A DNA stretch of 64,000 nt, taken from the NCBI GenBank assembly GCA_963738405.1, contig CAVTWJ010000009.1, positions 192,001 to 256,000 of the forward strand, read 5' to 3'. Numbering within the stretch: position 1 is the first letter of the stretch; every line of letters starts with the position of its first letter. The notes below the pieces were generated by a model. The model made no database searches. It worked only from the letters and a program-made list of their open reading frames with translations, and had not been told where the DNA came from. Made by a program: the position numbers and the translations under genes. Below, piece after piece: positions 1 through 10,370 of this stretch. The DNA comes from a candidate division FCPU426 bacterium (GTDB lineage: Bacteria > Oederibacteriota > Muellerivitia > Muellerivitales > Muellerivitaceae).

Positions 1-770
1 TCACCATGCGCTGTCTCATCGCCGGGCGCCCGCCGGTTTCCAATATGTACGAGTCGCTTATCTGGGTTACCTTTGGCATGACGGTTTTCGCCTTGATCTT
101 TGAACTGATCTTCAAGAACCGCCAATTCGCCACGGCGGGGTCCGTCTTGGCCGTCATCGGCTTTGTGTTGGCGGACAACGTGCCCACAGTTTTGGACCCA
201 TCCATTCAGCCCCTAGAGCCGGTTTTGCGTAGCAACTTTTGGCTGACCATCCACGTTTTGACTATTACACTAAGTTACGCAGCCTTTCTTCTTTCACTTG
301 GCATCGGGCATATTTGCCTCTGGACCCTCTGGGCCCACGGCAAAGACCCGGACCGTCTGAAGCGCCAAACACGGCTTCTGTATAGGGTGGTGCAGGTGGG
401 GGTGGTCATGCTGGCGGCGGGAACTATTTTGGGCGGCGTTTGGGCCAACTATTCTTGGGGCAGGTTTTGGGGCTGGGACCCCAAGGAAACCTGGGCTCTG
501 ATCGCCCTTTTGGGATATGTGGCCATCCTTCATGGCCGCCTTTCAGGCTGGCTGAAGGAAGCGGGTTTTACCATCGGCGTGGTCTCGGCCTTCTTGGGGG
601 TCTTGATGGCCTGGTACGGGGTCAACTTTGTATTGGGCGTGGGACTTCACAGTTACGGCTTTTCCAAGGGCGGTCTGCCCTACGTCTGCACCTTCGTGGC
701 GGCAGAAATCATTCTTGTGACGGTGGTGGGTTTAAAAGTTAAAGCCGAAAGAATCGTTAAGGTCGCTTAA
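1..770 (+). CDS. ccsA: Cytochrome c biogenesis protein CcsA/ResC (system II); 5'-partial, possibly a CcsBA fusion
   Basis: WWD motif WANYSWGRFWGWDPKETW; conserved His in WLTIHV and GLHSYG; PPVSNMYES; the frame is open at the window edge. Confidence 0.93.
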   Translation, partial: TMRCLIAGRPPVSNMYESLIWVTFGMTVFALIFELIFKNRQFATAGSVLAVIGFVLADNVPTVLDPSIQPLEPVLRSNFWLTIHVLTITLSYAAFLLSLGIGHICLWTLWAHGKDPDRLKRQTRLLYRVVQVGVVMLAAGTILGGVWANYSWGRFWGWDPKETWALIALLGYVAILHGRLSGWLKEAGFTIGVVSAFLGVLMAWYGVNFVLGVGLHSYGFSKGGLPYVCTFVAAEIILVTVVGLKVKAERIVKVA

Positions 771-2287
771 AACCCATAAAGCGGGCCGAATTTTCCTTCC
801 AAATATTTCAAAAAGGGTTCCGGGGATAATTCCCTACCCGTGACCTTTTGGCAAAGGTCTCCTGCTAGGTAGGTCTGGCCCTTGGCGTGGATGTTCCTGT
901 TCAGCCATTCCTTCAATTGTTTGAAATCACCCTGCGCAAACTTTCCGCCAAAAGTCCCGATTTCCTTTTCAGCGGCCTCAAAGAATTGGGCTGAAAAGAG
1001 GTTCCCTAGCGTGTAAGTGGGGAAGTAGCCAAAGCTTCCATGGCTCCAATGAACATCCTGCAGGCATCCTTTGGCATCGTCAGGGGGGGTGACCCCAAGG
1101 TATTTCATCATCAACTCGTTCCAACGGGCCGGTACATCGGTTGTATTTAATTTTCCCGATAGAAGGTCGGTTTCGATCTCATAACGCAGGCAAACATGCA
1201 GGTTATAGGTCACCTCGTCCGATTCGGTGCGGATAAAGGAAGGCGCCGAATGGTTAATGGCGAAATGGAACTGGTCCACCGTCAAATCGTCGAAGGTGCC
1301 GGGGAAGGCTTTTTTCAGCTCGGGGAAGAAGAAGTTCCAGAAGGGCCTGCTCCGCCCTACCAGGTTTTCCCAAAGGCGGGACTGAGATTCGTGAATACCC
1401 AACGAAACCGCCGAAGCACGTGGTGTGCCAAATAGTTCCAGCGTGTGGGGAAGGCCTTGGTCGTAAATACCGTGGCCAGCCTCGTGTAGGGTGGAAAAGA
1501 AGGCATTTTCAAAATTGGTTTCCTCGAAGCGGGTGGTGATGCGGGTGTCGCCAGGCCCCAAGCCGGTGGTGAAGGGATGGGCGGAAACGTCAATGCGGCC
1601 CCGGGTAAAATCGAATCCTATGGCCTCAGCCAGCTTATGGCAAAAGGCCTGCTGAACGGGTACGGGGCAAGGGCGCTTCAAAATCGATAGATTTGGCTGG
1701 CGTTTGGAAGAAGTAATCTTGGCCGAAAGTTTGGAAAGCCGATCCCTTAAAGGGGGGAACAAGGCGTCGAGTTTCTTGGTGGTGAGGCCCGGTTCGTAAT
1801 CCTCTAATAAAGCGTCATAGGGATGGTCCTGATAACCGTAACATTTTGCCTGTTCCTGAACCAATTTAAGAATCTTCTCCAGCCAGGGTTGGAACCTTTT
1901 GAAATCGCTGGCCTTGCGGCCTTCCACCCATTCCACTTGGGCGTTCGAAGAGACTCGGGCCATTTCCTCCACCAGGCTTTGGGGAAGTTTGGTGGAACGG
2001 TCGTAAGACCTGCGCCATTCGCGGATATTCACCGCGCTGTCTGAAACCGTATTCCCGGTTAGGTTTTTATCCGCTTCCGCGGAAGAGATCCATTCACCTA
2101 CCTTGGGATCGGTAAATTTCTGGTGGATCATACCCGCCAAAAGGGATTCTTGTTCCGCCCGGTAGGGGGCGTTGGCTGACGGCATATAGACTTCCTGATC
2201 CCAGCCCAAGACCCCCGCCGTATTTCCTAGAAGGGCGATTTCTTTCATGCGTTTCAACAGCTCTTCGTAGGCGGATTCGGTTGTCAT
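767..2287 (-). CDS. Carboxypeptidase, M32 (Taq) family
   Basis: HEAGH zinc motif, HESQS, HPF, IRTESDE, GCLQDVHW and GYFPTY motifs; 506 aa. Confidence 0.95.
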   Translation of the reverse strand: MTTESAYEELLKRMKEIALLGNTAGVLGWDQEVYMPSANAPYRAEQESLLAGMIHQKFTDPKVGEWISSAEADKNLTGNTVSDSAVNIREWRRSYDRSTKLPQSLVEEMARVSSNAQVEWVEGRKASDFKRFQPWLEKILKLVQEQAKCYGYQDHPYDALLEDYEPGLTTKKLDALFPPLRDRLSKLSAKITSSKRQPNLSILKRPCPVPVQQAFCHKLAEAIGFDFTRGRIDVSAHPFTTGLGPGDTRITTRFEETNFENAFFSTLHEAGHGIYDQGLPHTLELFGTPRASAVSLGIHESQSRLWENLVGRSRPFWNFFFPELKKAFPGTFDDLTVDQFHFAINHSAPSFIRTESDEVTYNLHVCLRYEIETDLLSGKLNTTDVPARWNELMMKYLGVTPPDDAKGCLQDVHWSHGSFGYFPTYTLGNLFSAQFFEAAEKEIGTFGGKFAQGDFKQLKEWLNRNIHAKGQTYLAGDLCQKVTGRELSPEPFLKYLEGKFGPLYGF

Positions 2288-2322
2288 AGCGGTTTATGTT
2301 TTCCTTTGTTGTTTGAAATGAC

Positions 2323-2880
2323 TTACAGGTCTTCCATCAATCCGAAAAAGATGGGAACATCCTGCTGGGTGAGGTTGTTATAAAGCAAGAAGCTGTACCG
2401 GCCTTCCACAAACAAATGCTCGCCCGGATGCAGGTCAAATTGAAGGCCCAAGCCGACATTTCCCGCTACGGAGGAGGTGTTGTACCCGCTGGGATTGTCG
2501 ACTTGCACATCGTAACCGGGGCCGAAGAGAAGATAAGTCACATAACCCTTGCTGGGCATGCTTAAACGCATATCGCAAAAAACACGGGTGTCATAGATGG
2601 AACTGCCGGCGCCGGTAAAGAACCAGGGGTTCAAGTCCACTTGAACGGCCCATTGGGAATCCAGTCGGTATCCCCCGAAAATGTTTCCGCCGCCGCCCAA
2701 AATAAAATTCGTGTTCCAATCCTGTGCCGGGACCGCGACCCCTAGGCCGATTCCCAAATACCCGGGTGAGACAATGGCGTTCTGCATGGCATTTTGATTT
2801 GAGGAATCCCCGTTATCCTGGGCTTGAGCCTGAGACTGAAACATTAAAGCAAGTGCCAGAACCCATAGGATCTTTTTCAT
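2323..2880 (-). CDS. Small outer-membrane beta-barrel protein (OmpA/OmpW-like)
   Basis: Start moved to the ATG at 2880 (GGGAGG RBS). Signal peptide MKKILWVLALALMFQSQAQA, then amphipathic Gly/aromatic strands (GGYRL, GLGLQF, FVEGRY). Confidence 0.65.
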   Translation of the reverse strand: MKKILWVLALALMFQSQAQAQDNGDSSNQNAMQNAIVSPGYLGIGLGVAVPAQDWNTNFILGGGGNIFGGYRLDSQWAVQVDLNPWFFTGAGSSIYDTRVFCDMRLSMPSKGYVTYLLFGPGYDVQVDNPSGYNTSSVAGNVGLGLQFDLHPGEHLFVEGRYSFLLYNNLTQQDVPIFFGLMEDL

Positions 2881-2987
2881 ACTTCCTCCCTGAAGTAACA
2901 GAATTTCGCTCTTGAGCTTAGCGGTAAAAGAGTAAAGAAAAAACCCCCTCAAGTGCGCCAATTCCCATATGGAATCGGCAATGCGAA

Positions 2988-3956
2988 TCAGGTAAAAACC
3001 TGTCTTATAAAGGCCACATCCTCCGACGACAGGGGCTTATCTTGGCCTGATAGATTGACCTGCACCTGGTTTAAGTTCCTAAAGCCTGGAATCACGCAAG
3101 CCACCACCGGATTAGCTAAAAGATACTGTAGAGCCACCCGGGCCAAGTCCTTCACATCCGAGCCGAAACGGGATTTCAATTTCTCAATCTTGGGTTGGAG
3201 TCCTTCCAGGGTTTCAGTGGTGAATCGCTTGTCCCCGAGGCGGTGGTCGCCCGACTCAAACTTGGGAGGATTTTTGGGGTCAAATTTGCCCAAGAGCAGG
3301 CCCTGGTTGAGGGGGGAAAAGGCCACGAAACTTATTTTTTTCTCTTCCATCAGTTTCCTGACCGGTGTCCCTTCCCGGATGAATTGGTCGTCCATGATAT
3401 GGGCCCAGCTTTGGAGTACGTCTGGTTTGACCTTAGGAACCACTCTTGTGAAATCGTCATTGGAATAGGCGGACTGCCCGATCAGGCGGATCTTGCCTTC
3501 TTTTTTCAGCTTGTGCATGGTTTCTACCGCCCCATCCAAATAAAAGTCCTGGGGACCGAAGAAGCCATGGTGGAAATAATAAAGATCGATCACATCCCTT
3601 TTCAGGTTAATCAAGGACTGTTCGCACTGGTGGCGGATATGGGCCGGTTCGTAGGCATGGGCCGCGGTTCCTGGGAACCAGCCAACCTTGGTGGCGACGG
3701 TCAGTTTTTTGGATCGGTCGCCCAAAATACGGGCAAGCATTTGTTCCGCCTTGCCGTTGCCGTAAACGTCCGCGTTGTCGAAATGGTTCACGCCCTGGTC
3801 GAGGGCGTGATCAATGGCCCTTCTCACCTCGCCCTCATCCACATTGGCCCAGCCGTTGGCCTCACCGTTGACCCAGTTCAAACCTCCCATAGTCCAACAG
3901 CCCAAGCTGATCTCCGAAACCTCGATATCCGATTGTCCAAGACGGCGGTAACGCAT
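2988..3956 (-). CDS. Aldo/keto reductase
   Basis: MRYRRLG..VSEISLGCW, FDNADVYGNG, ATKVG, IDLYYFH, SPLNQGLL, VIPG. Confidence 0.93.
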   Translation of the reverse strand: MRYRRLGQSDIEVSEISLGCWTMGGLNWVNGEANGWANVDEGEVRRAIDHALDQGVNHFDNADVYGNGKAEQMLARILGDRSKKLTVATKVGWFPGTAAHAYEPAHIRHQCEQSLINLKRDVIDLYYFHHGFFGPQDFYLDGAVETMHKLKKEGKIRLIGQSAYSNDDFTRVVPKVKPDVLQSWAHIMDDQFIREGTPVRKLMEEKKISFVAFSPLNQGLLLGKFDPKNPPKFESGDHRLGDKRFTTETLEGLQPKIEKLKSRFGSDVKDLARVALQYLLANPVVACVIPGFRNLNQVQVNLSGQDKPLSSEDVAFIRQVFT

Positions 3957-3990
3957 AAAGCCTCCAAAATATAATAAAAGCTTTCGAAAT

Positions 3991-4935
3991 TTAGTTGCCT
4001 GTTTTACTGCCTCCCGCCCGTTTCAGGCGGTCGTTAATGGCCCGTCCCAAACCTTCTTCTGGAACCGAAAGGGCCAAGATGCCGTCCAATCCCATCCCAT
4101 CCAGTTTTCTCAATGTGGAAAACAAATTGGCCGCTGCTTCCCGAAGGTTTCCATCGGCTGAAAGGACTTCCGCCGTCTGAAAGGAGCCTGCTTGAGCGTG
4201 AGGTTTCAGGGTTAGGAGACCCCAGCGTCCGGAGGGAATATCATTTAATTCCTTCAAATATTTTAAAGGGGTGGAGGGCGAGTAGTGGCTAGGTAGCTGG
4301 CCCGGGGCCAAGGGGATGGGCCCATCCCCGCCAAGGGTGACCGGGCCTAAAAGGGTTTGAAGTTCTTCCAAACTGATCCCGCCTGGCCGGAGGATGACGG
4401 GCACTCCCGAAATAAAAGAAAGAATGGTCGATTCCACCCCCACCTTGCAGGGGCCTCCATCCAAAATCATGTCCACATTATCGCCCAGGGATTGCCTCAC
4501 ATGTTTGGCGGTTGTGGGGCTGACCCCCCCGAATAGGTTCGCGCTGGGGGCGGCAATGGGTCGACCCGATTCCCTTATCAACTCTAGGGCCATGGGATGG
4601 TCCGGAACCCGAAGGGCCACCGTGGGTAGGGAAGAAGTCACCAAATCGGGGATCAAGGAGCTTTTTTCAAGAACCAGGGTTAAGGGACCGGGCCAAAAGG
4701 CTTCCGCAAGTTTGACGGCTTTGGAGGGAAGTTCCTTAACTAAAATTTCGGCCTGGCGCAGGTCGGCGACATGCACGATGAGGGGGTCAAATTGCGGGCG
4801 GTGCTTGACCTCGAAAATCCGGGCCACCGCCATGGGGTTCAAGGCGTCCGCCCCCAGGCCGTAAACGGTCTCGGTGGGGAAAGCCACCAAACCGCCTTCC
4901 TGGATCATTTGGGCGGCCTTTTCAATTTCCTTCAT
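3991..4935 (-). CDS. sua5: L-threonylcarbamoyladenylate synthase (Sua5 type)
   Basis: VAFPTETVYGLGADA, PLIVH, FWPGPLT, AAPSAN, APGQLPSHY and C-terminal GLGRAINDRLKRA. Confidence 0.95.
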   Translation of the reverse strand: MKEIEKAAQMIQEGGLVAFPTETVYGLGADALNPMAVARIFEVKHRPQFDPLIVHVADLRQAEILVKELPSKAVKLAEAFWPGPLTLVLEKSSLIPDLVTSSLPTVALRVPDHPMALELIRESGRPIAAPSANLFGGVSPTTAKHVRQSLGDNVDMILDGGPCKVGVESTILSFISGVPVILRPGGISLEELQTLLGPVTLGGDGPIPLAPGQLPSHYSPSTPLKYLKELNDIPSGRWGLLTLKPHAQAGSFQTAEVLSADGNLREAAANLFSTLRKLDGMGLDGILALSVPEEGLGRAINDRLKRAGGSKTGN

Positions 4936-5035
4936 TCAAAAGGGCCTTTCCTGAAAAGGAATCGATTGCATAGGGTCATTGGAAGAATAAAGGGTAACGG
5001 TTGGATGGAAATCACGCAAGGCCGGGAAAGCAGAC

Positions 5036-7858
5036 TTAACCGGTGTTTTTAAGGCCCGCCGCGATGCCATTGATGGTCATCAGGATGGCTTCCTGGAGTT
5101 GGCTTTTAAGTTCCTCGCCGGGGTTTGACCGCAGGCGCTTGATGAGTTCCAACTGGATGAAACTCAAAGGATCAATATAGGGGTTGCGCAATTTGATGGA
5201 TTGGTAAAGCTGAGGTTCCTTCTCCAGCATCTCATTCACTTGGGCAATTTTTCGGATAGCCGAAAGGGTTTCCCGATATTCGGTCTCGATTCGGCCGAAA
5301 ATTTCCTTTCTCAGTGCCTCATCGGGGCAAAGGGCGGCATAGCGGCGGGCGATGTCCAAATCGGCTTTGGACAAAATCATTTGGGCGTTGTCCAAGAGCT
5401 GTTGAAAGAAGGGCCATTGCCCGTACATTTCTCGCAATTGGGAAAGACCGTCCGGCGAAGCTTGCAGATATTCCCTCAAGGCGGAGCCTAGACCGTACCA
5501 ACCGGGCAGGGTGGCGCGGGATTGCATCCAACTGAAGACCCAGGGAATGGCTCTTAAGTCCTCGATATGGTCGCTCACCTTTCGGCTGGCGGGGCGGCTG
5601 GCGATGCGGTGTTGGCTGATTTCAGAAATCGGGGTGGCCAGGCGGAAATATTCCACGAACCGGGGATGGCCGTAAACCAGGTCCCGATACGCCCGGTGGG
5701 AGGATTCGGAAAGTTTTTCCAAAAGCTGTTCCCAGCTTTTCTTGGGTAATACTTCCTTGGAAGGAAAGGAAGCCCGAAGGGCCGCGTTGACGATCTGCTC
5801 CAAATGATGCCGGGCCGCCACGGGCTCGCCGTAATGGTCGCTGATGACCTCCCCTTGCTCGGTAATCTTTAAGGCGCCCCGGATGGTTCGGGGAGGTTGG
5901 GCCAAGATGGCACGTCCTGCGGGGCCTCCGCCCCGGCCGATGCTTCCGCCCCGGCCGTGAAAGAGGCAGAGGAAAATAGCATGCTGGTCGGCGGTGCGGG
6001 TTAGGTCCATCTGGGCGCGGTAAAGAGCCCAGTTGGCGGCCAGGTAGCCGCTTTCCTTATTCGAATCGCTGTAGCCGAGCATGATTTCCTGGCGGTCGCA
6101 CCTTTTGGAAAGGTGGCCCCGATAAACTTCGGTCTTGAAGAGGCGGTCCATGAAGGGGCCGGAACGCCTTAAATCTTCCCGGGTTTCAAAGAGGGGCACC
6201 ACATCCAGGCGGCTGTGGGAACCGTATAAAAACAATCCCGCCTCACGGGCCAACAGAAGCACCGATAAGACGTCGCTGACATTCTTGGTCATGGAAATGA
6301 TGTAGGTTTGAAGCGCGGAGGGGTCCAAGTGTTCCTGCACCGCCGCGATCATGCGGAAGGTTTCCAAGGTTTCCCGGGTCGCAGGAGATAAGCTGAGACG
6401 TTCCGGAACCAGCGGCCGTGCACCCCGCAGTTCCTGAATCAGGAGGGATTGTTTCAGGTCTTCATTGAGGGCGGCGTAGTCGTCGGTGAGGCCGATCATC
6501 TTGAAAATTTCAGCCAAAGCGTTTAAGTGCCGGTCGCTATGCTGGCGCACGTCCATAGCGGCCATTTGAAAGCCGAAAACCTCCACCCGGCGGATCAAGT
6601 CCGCCAAAAACCCCTGGGCTAAGATTTCGCCCTTATTGCCCATCAGGCTTTCGGACATCCGTTTTAAATCCGCCAAAAGATCGACTGATTTGGGATACCA
6701 GGACCCAGGGGTGGGTTTTTCCAGACCCTTTTGCCATTGGGCCGCGAACAGGTTGTTGTAAGCCAGGGTTAGGCGCAGTTTTTCCTCGATATAGGCGCAC
6801 TTGTGGCGGTAGGGCTCGTGGGGGGAACGCCGTTTCAGGTTTTCCGCGAGGGTGGGAAACCTCCTTGCGTCTTCCTCCAGGGATTGAAAAAGGGGCTCGG
6901 AAATTCCGACCCAACGGTCGGAGGTGGAAAGGCGGGAAGAAAGCATTTCCATCGATTCCAGGGTAAATTCCAAACCCACCCCCCGCAGTAGGCAGAGGGC
7001 CTCAACCGTCACGGAGGGGGTTACAAAGGGGTTCCCGTCCCGATCGCCGCCCATCCAGGTGCCGAAGTTCAAAAAGGGTTTCAAGGGCCAGGAGCTTTTG
7101 GGATATTCCTCCTCCAGGGCCTTTTCCAGTTCCCGGTAGAGGTCGGGAATGACCCGCATGAGAGTTTCCTTATAGTAATAAAGATGACCCCGCACCTCGT
7201 CCAACACTTCCGGTTTGGTCTGGCGGATCTCATCCGTTTGCCAGAGGGAAACCAACTCTTCCTTCAAATGACGCAGACAGCCTTCCATTTCCTCCCGCAA
7301 AAGTTTCTCCTGGCTGATTCGAAATGCCAATTTGCCGATGCGGTGAAGTTTGTCCAAAATAGTGGGGCGTTTGGACTCGGTGGGGTGGGCGGTATAAACC
7401 ATGGTGACGCGGGCCTGGTCCAAAAGGGCTTGGAGCTTCTTGGCCGGAACCCCCTGCTCCCGCAGAAGCCTCACCGCCGCAGGAAGAGTGCCTTCCCTTT
7501 TATCCTGGGGAGTGAGCAGGGATTCTTCCCTGATTTGAAAAAGAAGCTCCAGTTTTTCCGCCAGGTTGATGAGGCCGAAATAATGGGTAAAGGCCTTGGT
7601 CAAGAGGTTGAGTTGTTCCAGGGATAGCCCGGCGATGATGGAAGCCACTTCCTCGGCGGTGCCCTCGTCGCTGGTGAGGCGCAGCTGCTTGCAGAGGGAA
7701 CGGACCTTTTCAACCAGGCTCAAGGCCTGGGGACCATCCTGATCGGAAATGATCTGGCCGAGGTTTCGAGCCAAAAAGCGAACCATATGCGACAGGGTAT
7801 AGTCCCCCTGTTGGGGGGCGCCGTCGGGTTGGGGATCGGTTGGATCTTCCTGAAACAT
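5036..7858 (-). CDS. ppc: Phosphoenolpyruvate carboxylase
   Basis: TAHPTE, WMGGDRDGNP, QEIMLGYSDSNKE, FHGRGGSIGRGG, LRAIPWVFSW and terminal GLKNTG. Confidence 0.97.
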   Translation of the reverse strand: MFQEDPTDPQPDGAPQQGDYTLSHMVRFLARNLGQIISDQDGPQALSLVEKVRSLCKQLRLTSDEGTAEEVASIIAGLSLEQLNLLTKAFTHYFGLINLAEKLELLFQIREESLLTPQDKREGTLPAAVRLLREQGVPAKKLQALLDQARVTMVYTAHPTESKRPTILDKLHRIGKLAFRISQEKLLREEMEGCLRHLKEELVSLWQTDEIRQTKPEVLDEVRGHLYYYKETLMRVIPDLYRELEKALEEEYPKSSWPLKPFLNFGTWMGGDRDGNPFVTPSVTVEALCLLRGVGLEFTLESMEMLSSRLSTSDRWVGISEPLFQSLEEDARRFPTLAENLKRRSPHEPYRHKCAYIEEKLRLTLAYNNLFAAQWQKGLEKPTPGSWYPKSVDLLADLKRMSESLMGNKGEILAQGFLADLIRRVEVFGFQMAAMDVRQHSDRHLNALAEIFKMIGLTDDYAALNEDLKQSLLIQELRGARPLVPERLSLSPATRETLETFRMIAAVQEHLDPSALQTYIISMTKNVSDVLSVLLLAREAGLFLYGSHSRLDVVPLFETREDLRRSGPFMDRLFKTEVYRGHLSKRCDRQEIMLGYSDSNKESGYLAANWALYRAQMDLTRTADQHAIFLCLFHGRGGSIGRGGGPAGRAILAQPPRTIRGALKITEQGEVISDHYGEPVAARHHLEQIVNAALRASFPSKEVLPKKSWEQLLEKLSESSHRAYRDLVYGHPRFVEYFRLATPISEISQHRIASRPASRKVSDHIEDLRAIPWVFSWMQSRATLPGWYGLGSALREYLQASPDGLSQLREMYGQWPFFQQLLDNAQMILSKADLDIARRYAALCPDEALRKEIFGRIETEYRETLSAIRKIAQVNEMLEKEPQLYQSIKLRNPYIDPLSFIQLELIKRLRSNPGEELKSQLQEAILMTINGIAAGLKNTG

Positions 7859-7968
7859 CTAGTTCACCCTTATTGAAAATGGATGGCAGATTAACGTAGA
7901 AGGGCGCCTAAGATAAAGGGCGGGAAGGCTCTTTTTTTATGGAGAAGGGTGGGAGAAAAACTTGAAGG

Positions 7969-8454
7969 CTAATCCAGTTTCTCTTTCAAAATTTTATCAG
8001 CCTGATCCTTACGGAACTGGCGGAGTTTTTCCCTCAAGTCGGGACGCTTATTCGCCAGGATGGCAATGGATAAAAGAGCTGCGTTGACGGCCCCGGCCTT
8101 GCCCACGGCGAGGGTGCCCACGGGGATTCCGCCCGGCATTTGGGCGGTTGAAAGAAGGGAATCGAGCCCTAAGAGCTTGCTTTCCATGGGCACTCCCAGA
8201 ACAGGCAAAAGAGTATGGGCGGCGCAGACACCCGCCAGGTGGGCGGCACCCCCGGCGGCGGCAATGACCACCTCCACGCCCCGGCTTTCAGCGCCGGTCA
8301 CGTATTCGGCGGTTTCCTTGGGGGTGCGGTGGGCCGAGAGAACCCGGCATTCATGAATGATGCCGAATTGCTTGAGGGTATCGGAGGCGTTTTTCATGAC
8401 TTCCCAATCGGATTTGCTTCCCATCAGGATATTCACCAGCGAGGTTTCGGCCAT
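7969..8454 (-). CDS. purE: N5-carboxyaminoimidazole ribonucleotide mutase
   Basis: ILMGSKSD, SAHRTP, AGGAAHL, QMPGGIPV; start moved to the ATG at 8454. Confidence 0.95.
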   Translation of the reverse strand: MAETSLVNILMGSKSDWEVMKNASDTLKQFGIIHECRVLSAHRTPKETAEYVTGAESRGVEVVIAAAGGAAHLAGVCAAHTLLPVLGVPMESKLLGLDSLLSTAQMPGGIPVGTLAVGKAGAVNAALLSIAILANKRPDLREKLRQFRKDQADKILKEKLD

Positions 8455-8590
8455 GGTCGGTCCTTTGGTGCGGAGATTGCCTTGAGTTTCGCTTTTGGGG
8501 CGCCGAAGGTCAAGATGGATGAAAGACGGGGGGCTTTCGGAGGTCCTTTTTCTATCGGACCCTCCCCCCAATCCTGTAAAATAGGCGCCC

Positions 8591-9283
8591 ATGTGGAATG
8601 AAACTTTCAAACTTATTTACCTCGCCATCACCCAGGGCCTGATCTTCGGTTTTGGCAGCGCGGTCTTGATCGGCCCTGTGAATTTTCTCGCCATCCGCCG
8701 CGGCATTATCGGCGGGTTTCAACAAACCTTCATGGTCGGGGCCGGCGCCGCCTTGGTGGACGCCAGCTTCGCCTACATTGTTTTCGTTGGAATTTCCAAG
8801 GATGGGATCGTCGGCATCGGAAAGATCATCATCTGGGGCATCTCGGCACTCTTTTTGATGTTTCTGGCCTATTCTGTTCTGACCGAGATAAGGGAAAACC
8901 CCGAGGCCATGGAAAACATCACAGTCCGCAAGCAGGTTCAGTGGATGGATAATTCCTTTGTCATGGGCCTATTGCTGGTGGCCACCAACCCCTTCGCCTT
9001 GATCTGGTGGGTGGGCTGGGTCAGCACCCTGCAGTTAACTGGCAACATTCCACTGACGGGCGGGGCGGCGACTAGCTTTTTCTCGGCGGTGTTGGTGAGT
9101 GAATTGATTTGGTATTCCTGCCTTGGCTTAGGAGTGCATTACACCCGCAACCTTTTCAACCGCAAGGCCTTGACGGTCATTTCATGGATTTGCGGGCTGG
9201 GGATGCTGGTCTATTTCCTTCTTTATGTCACCAAGGTGGTGGTGAACCTAATCCAGCACGGGGGCGCGGCGGTTGCCCCCTAA
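8591..9283 (+). CDS. LysE-family transporter
   Basis: GFGSAVLIGPVN..AIRRG, GAALVD and TNP..LIWW motifs; about six hydrophobic segments. Confidence 0.85.
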   Translation: MWNETFKLIYLAITQGLIFGFGSAVLIGPVNFLAIRRGIIGGFQQTFMVGAGAALVDASFAYIVFVGISKDGIVGIGKIIIWGISALFLMFLAYSVLTEIRENPEAMENITVRKQVQWMDNSFVMGLLLVATNPFALIWWVGWVSTLQLTGNIPLTGGAATSFFSAVLVSELIWYSCLGLGVHYTRNLFNRKALTVISWICGLGMLVYFLLYVTKVVVNLIQHGGAAVAP

Positions 9284-9327
9284 GTTCCATCCTTGCGATT
9301 GTTTTATTGTTAGGGGGCCGAACGGCC

Positions 9328-9516
9328 CTAGTCCTGTTCCCGCCCTGCTTCCCATTCCTCTATCTCACCGTGGCGTACCTTTGCCCTTAAGGCAATAGGC
9401 CGACAGCAGTTTTCACAGTCCGAAGTCCATTCCTGGAGTCCGCTGACCGGGTCCACCGGGGAAAAATTGGTATATCCGCAGTAGGGGCATTCAAACTCGA
9501 GTTGGAGGGGGTTCAT
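9328..9516 (-). CDS. CPXCG motif-containing small Cys-rich protein
   Basis: CPYCG ... DCENCCRPI; 62 aa. Confidence 0.8.
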   Translation of the reverse strand: MNPLQLEFECPYCGYTNFSPVDPVSGLQEWTSDCENCCRPIALRAKVRHGEIEEWEAGREQD

Positions 9517-9538
9517 CGGGGGGCGGGAAGCGCCGGAA

Positions 9539-10213
9539 TCAATTCATCAAGAAGTTGTTGTCGCCGGGGGCCACCCGGGGATCGCCGTCGAAGAACTTGT
9601 TGAAATTCGTCCAGTCGATATCCTCAACGGGTTCGGGGTCCTTTTCAGCCATGACTCCGTTTTTCCAGCGGCGCTGGGAATGCTGAATGGTCATTTTTTC
9701 CTCATGGTCCTTGTCGATGACCCGCAGGTCTCCCAAAAAATACTGGACGGTCAGGAGGGTCTGGTCCGGGTCATAGGCCACCCGGGCGCGGGTATCATTG
9801 ATGGATGTTACCACGGCTCCGGTATTGATCTCGAAAAAGCTTTGGCGGGAATCGTACCCGTTGGTTTTGAGAAACAGGACGCCCTTTTGGAGCACCAGGC
9901 GGATCTGGCGGTCCGGCCCCTCGAGGAAAAATTCATCCACATTAACGATCGTTTGGCCGTAAAGGCCGTCCAGGCCGATGCGCGCTCCGTTATGGGTTTT
10001 GAGGATGACCCAGCTTTGATCGTAACAGGTTACCGTATCCCCCTTTTCAACGGTGCTTCCGGTCATGAGGGCGGTGGGAGCCGAAGCGTTTGCGTGCTGA
10101 ACCATGATCGTTCCCTGCAAATCGACCACTTCCAACTCGTTGAAGGCCTTGGCCCAGAGAAGGGAGGGAAGGGATAGGACAATCATCCAGCCTAAAAGCG
10201 TTTGAAGGCGCAT
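9539..10213 (-). CDS. Secreted FecR-domain protein
   Basis: Signal peptide, then a FecR-like pattern (GDTVT..QSWVIL, LVLQKGVL, FEINTGAVVTSINDT); start at the ATG at 10213. Confidence 0.65.
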   Translation of the reverse strand: MRLQTLLGWMIVLSLPSLLWAKAFNELEVVDLQGTIMVQHANASAPTALMTGSTVEKGDTVTCYDQSWVILKTHNGARIGLDGLYGQTIVNVDEFFLEGPDRQIRLVLQKGVLFLKTNGYDSRQSFFEINTGAVVTSINDTRARVAYDPDQTLLTVQYFLGDLRVIDKDHEEKMTIQHSQRRWKNGVMAEKDPEPVEDIDWTNFNKFFDGDPRVAPGDNNFLMN

Positions 10214-10370
10214 GCTCACACCTCGAAAAGGGTGAAAAACCAAGCAATCGCCCCCATCCTAACGGTTTTCACCCGGTTGGGCAATGCGCAAGCCTTATTG
10301 GCGGCCTCATTACTGGTGCTTCGGTGCTCTGGAACGAATTAGACTATCAGTCGTTCATTCTGGAGGGCGA

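Noticed and set aside
767..770. 4-bp overlap of the convergent ccsA and carboxypeptidase stop codons
   Set aside because: Ordinary compact-genome feature.
3195..3974. Long antisense ORFs (also 20986-21669, 35407-36159, 38840-39544, 40422-41153, 47999-48832, 61238-61933)
   Set aside because: They shadow well-supported genes on the other strand and carry no recognisable motifs.
8455..8590. Purine-related riboswitch upstream of purE
   Set aside because: Only weak G-U-rich stems and no recognisable aptamer consensus; an Rfam scan would settle it.
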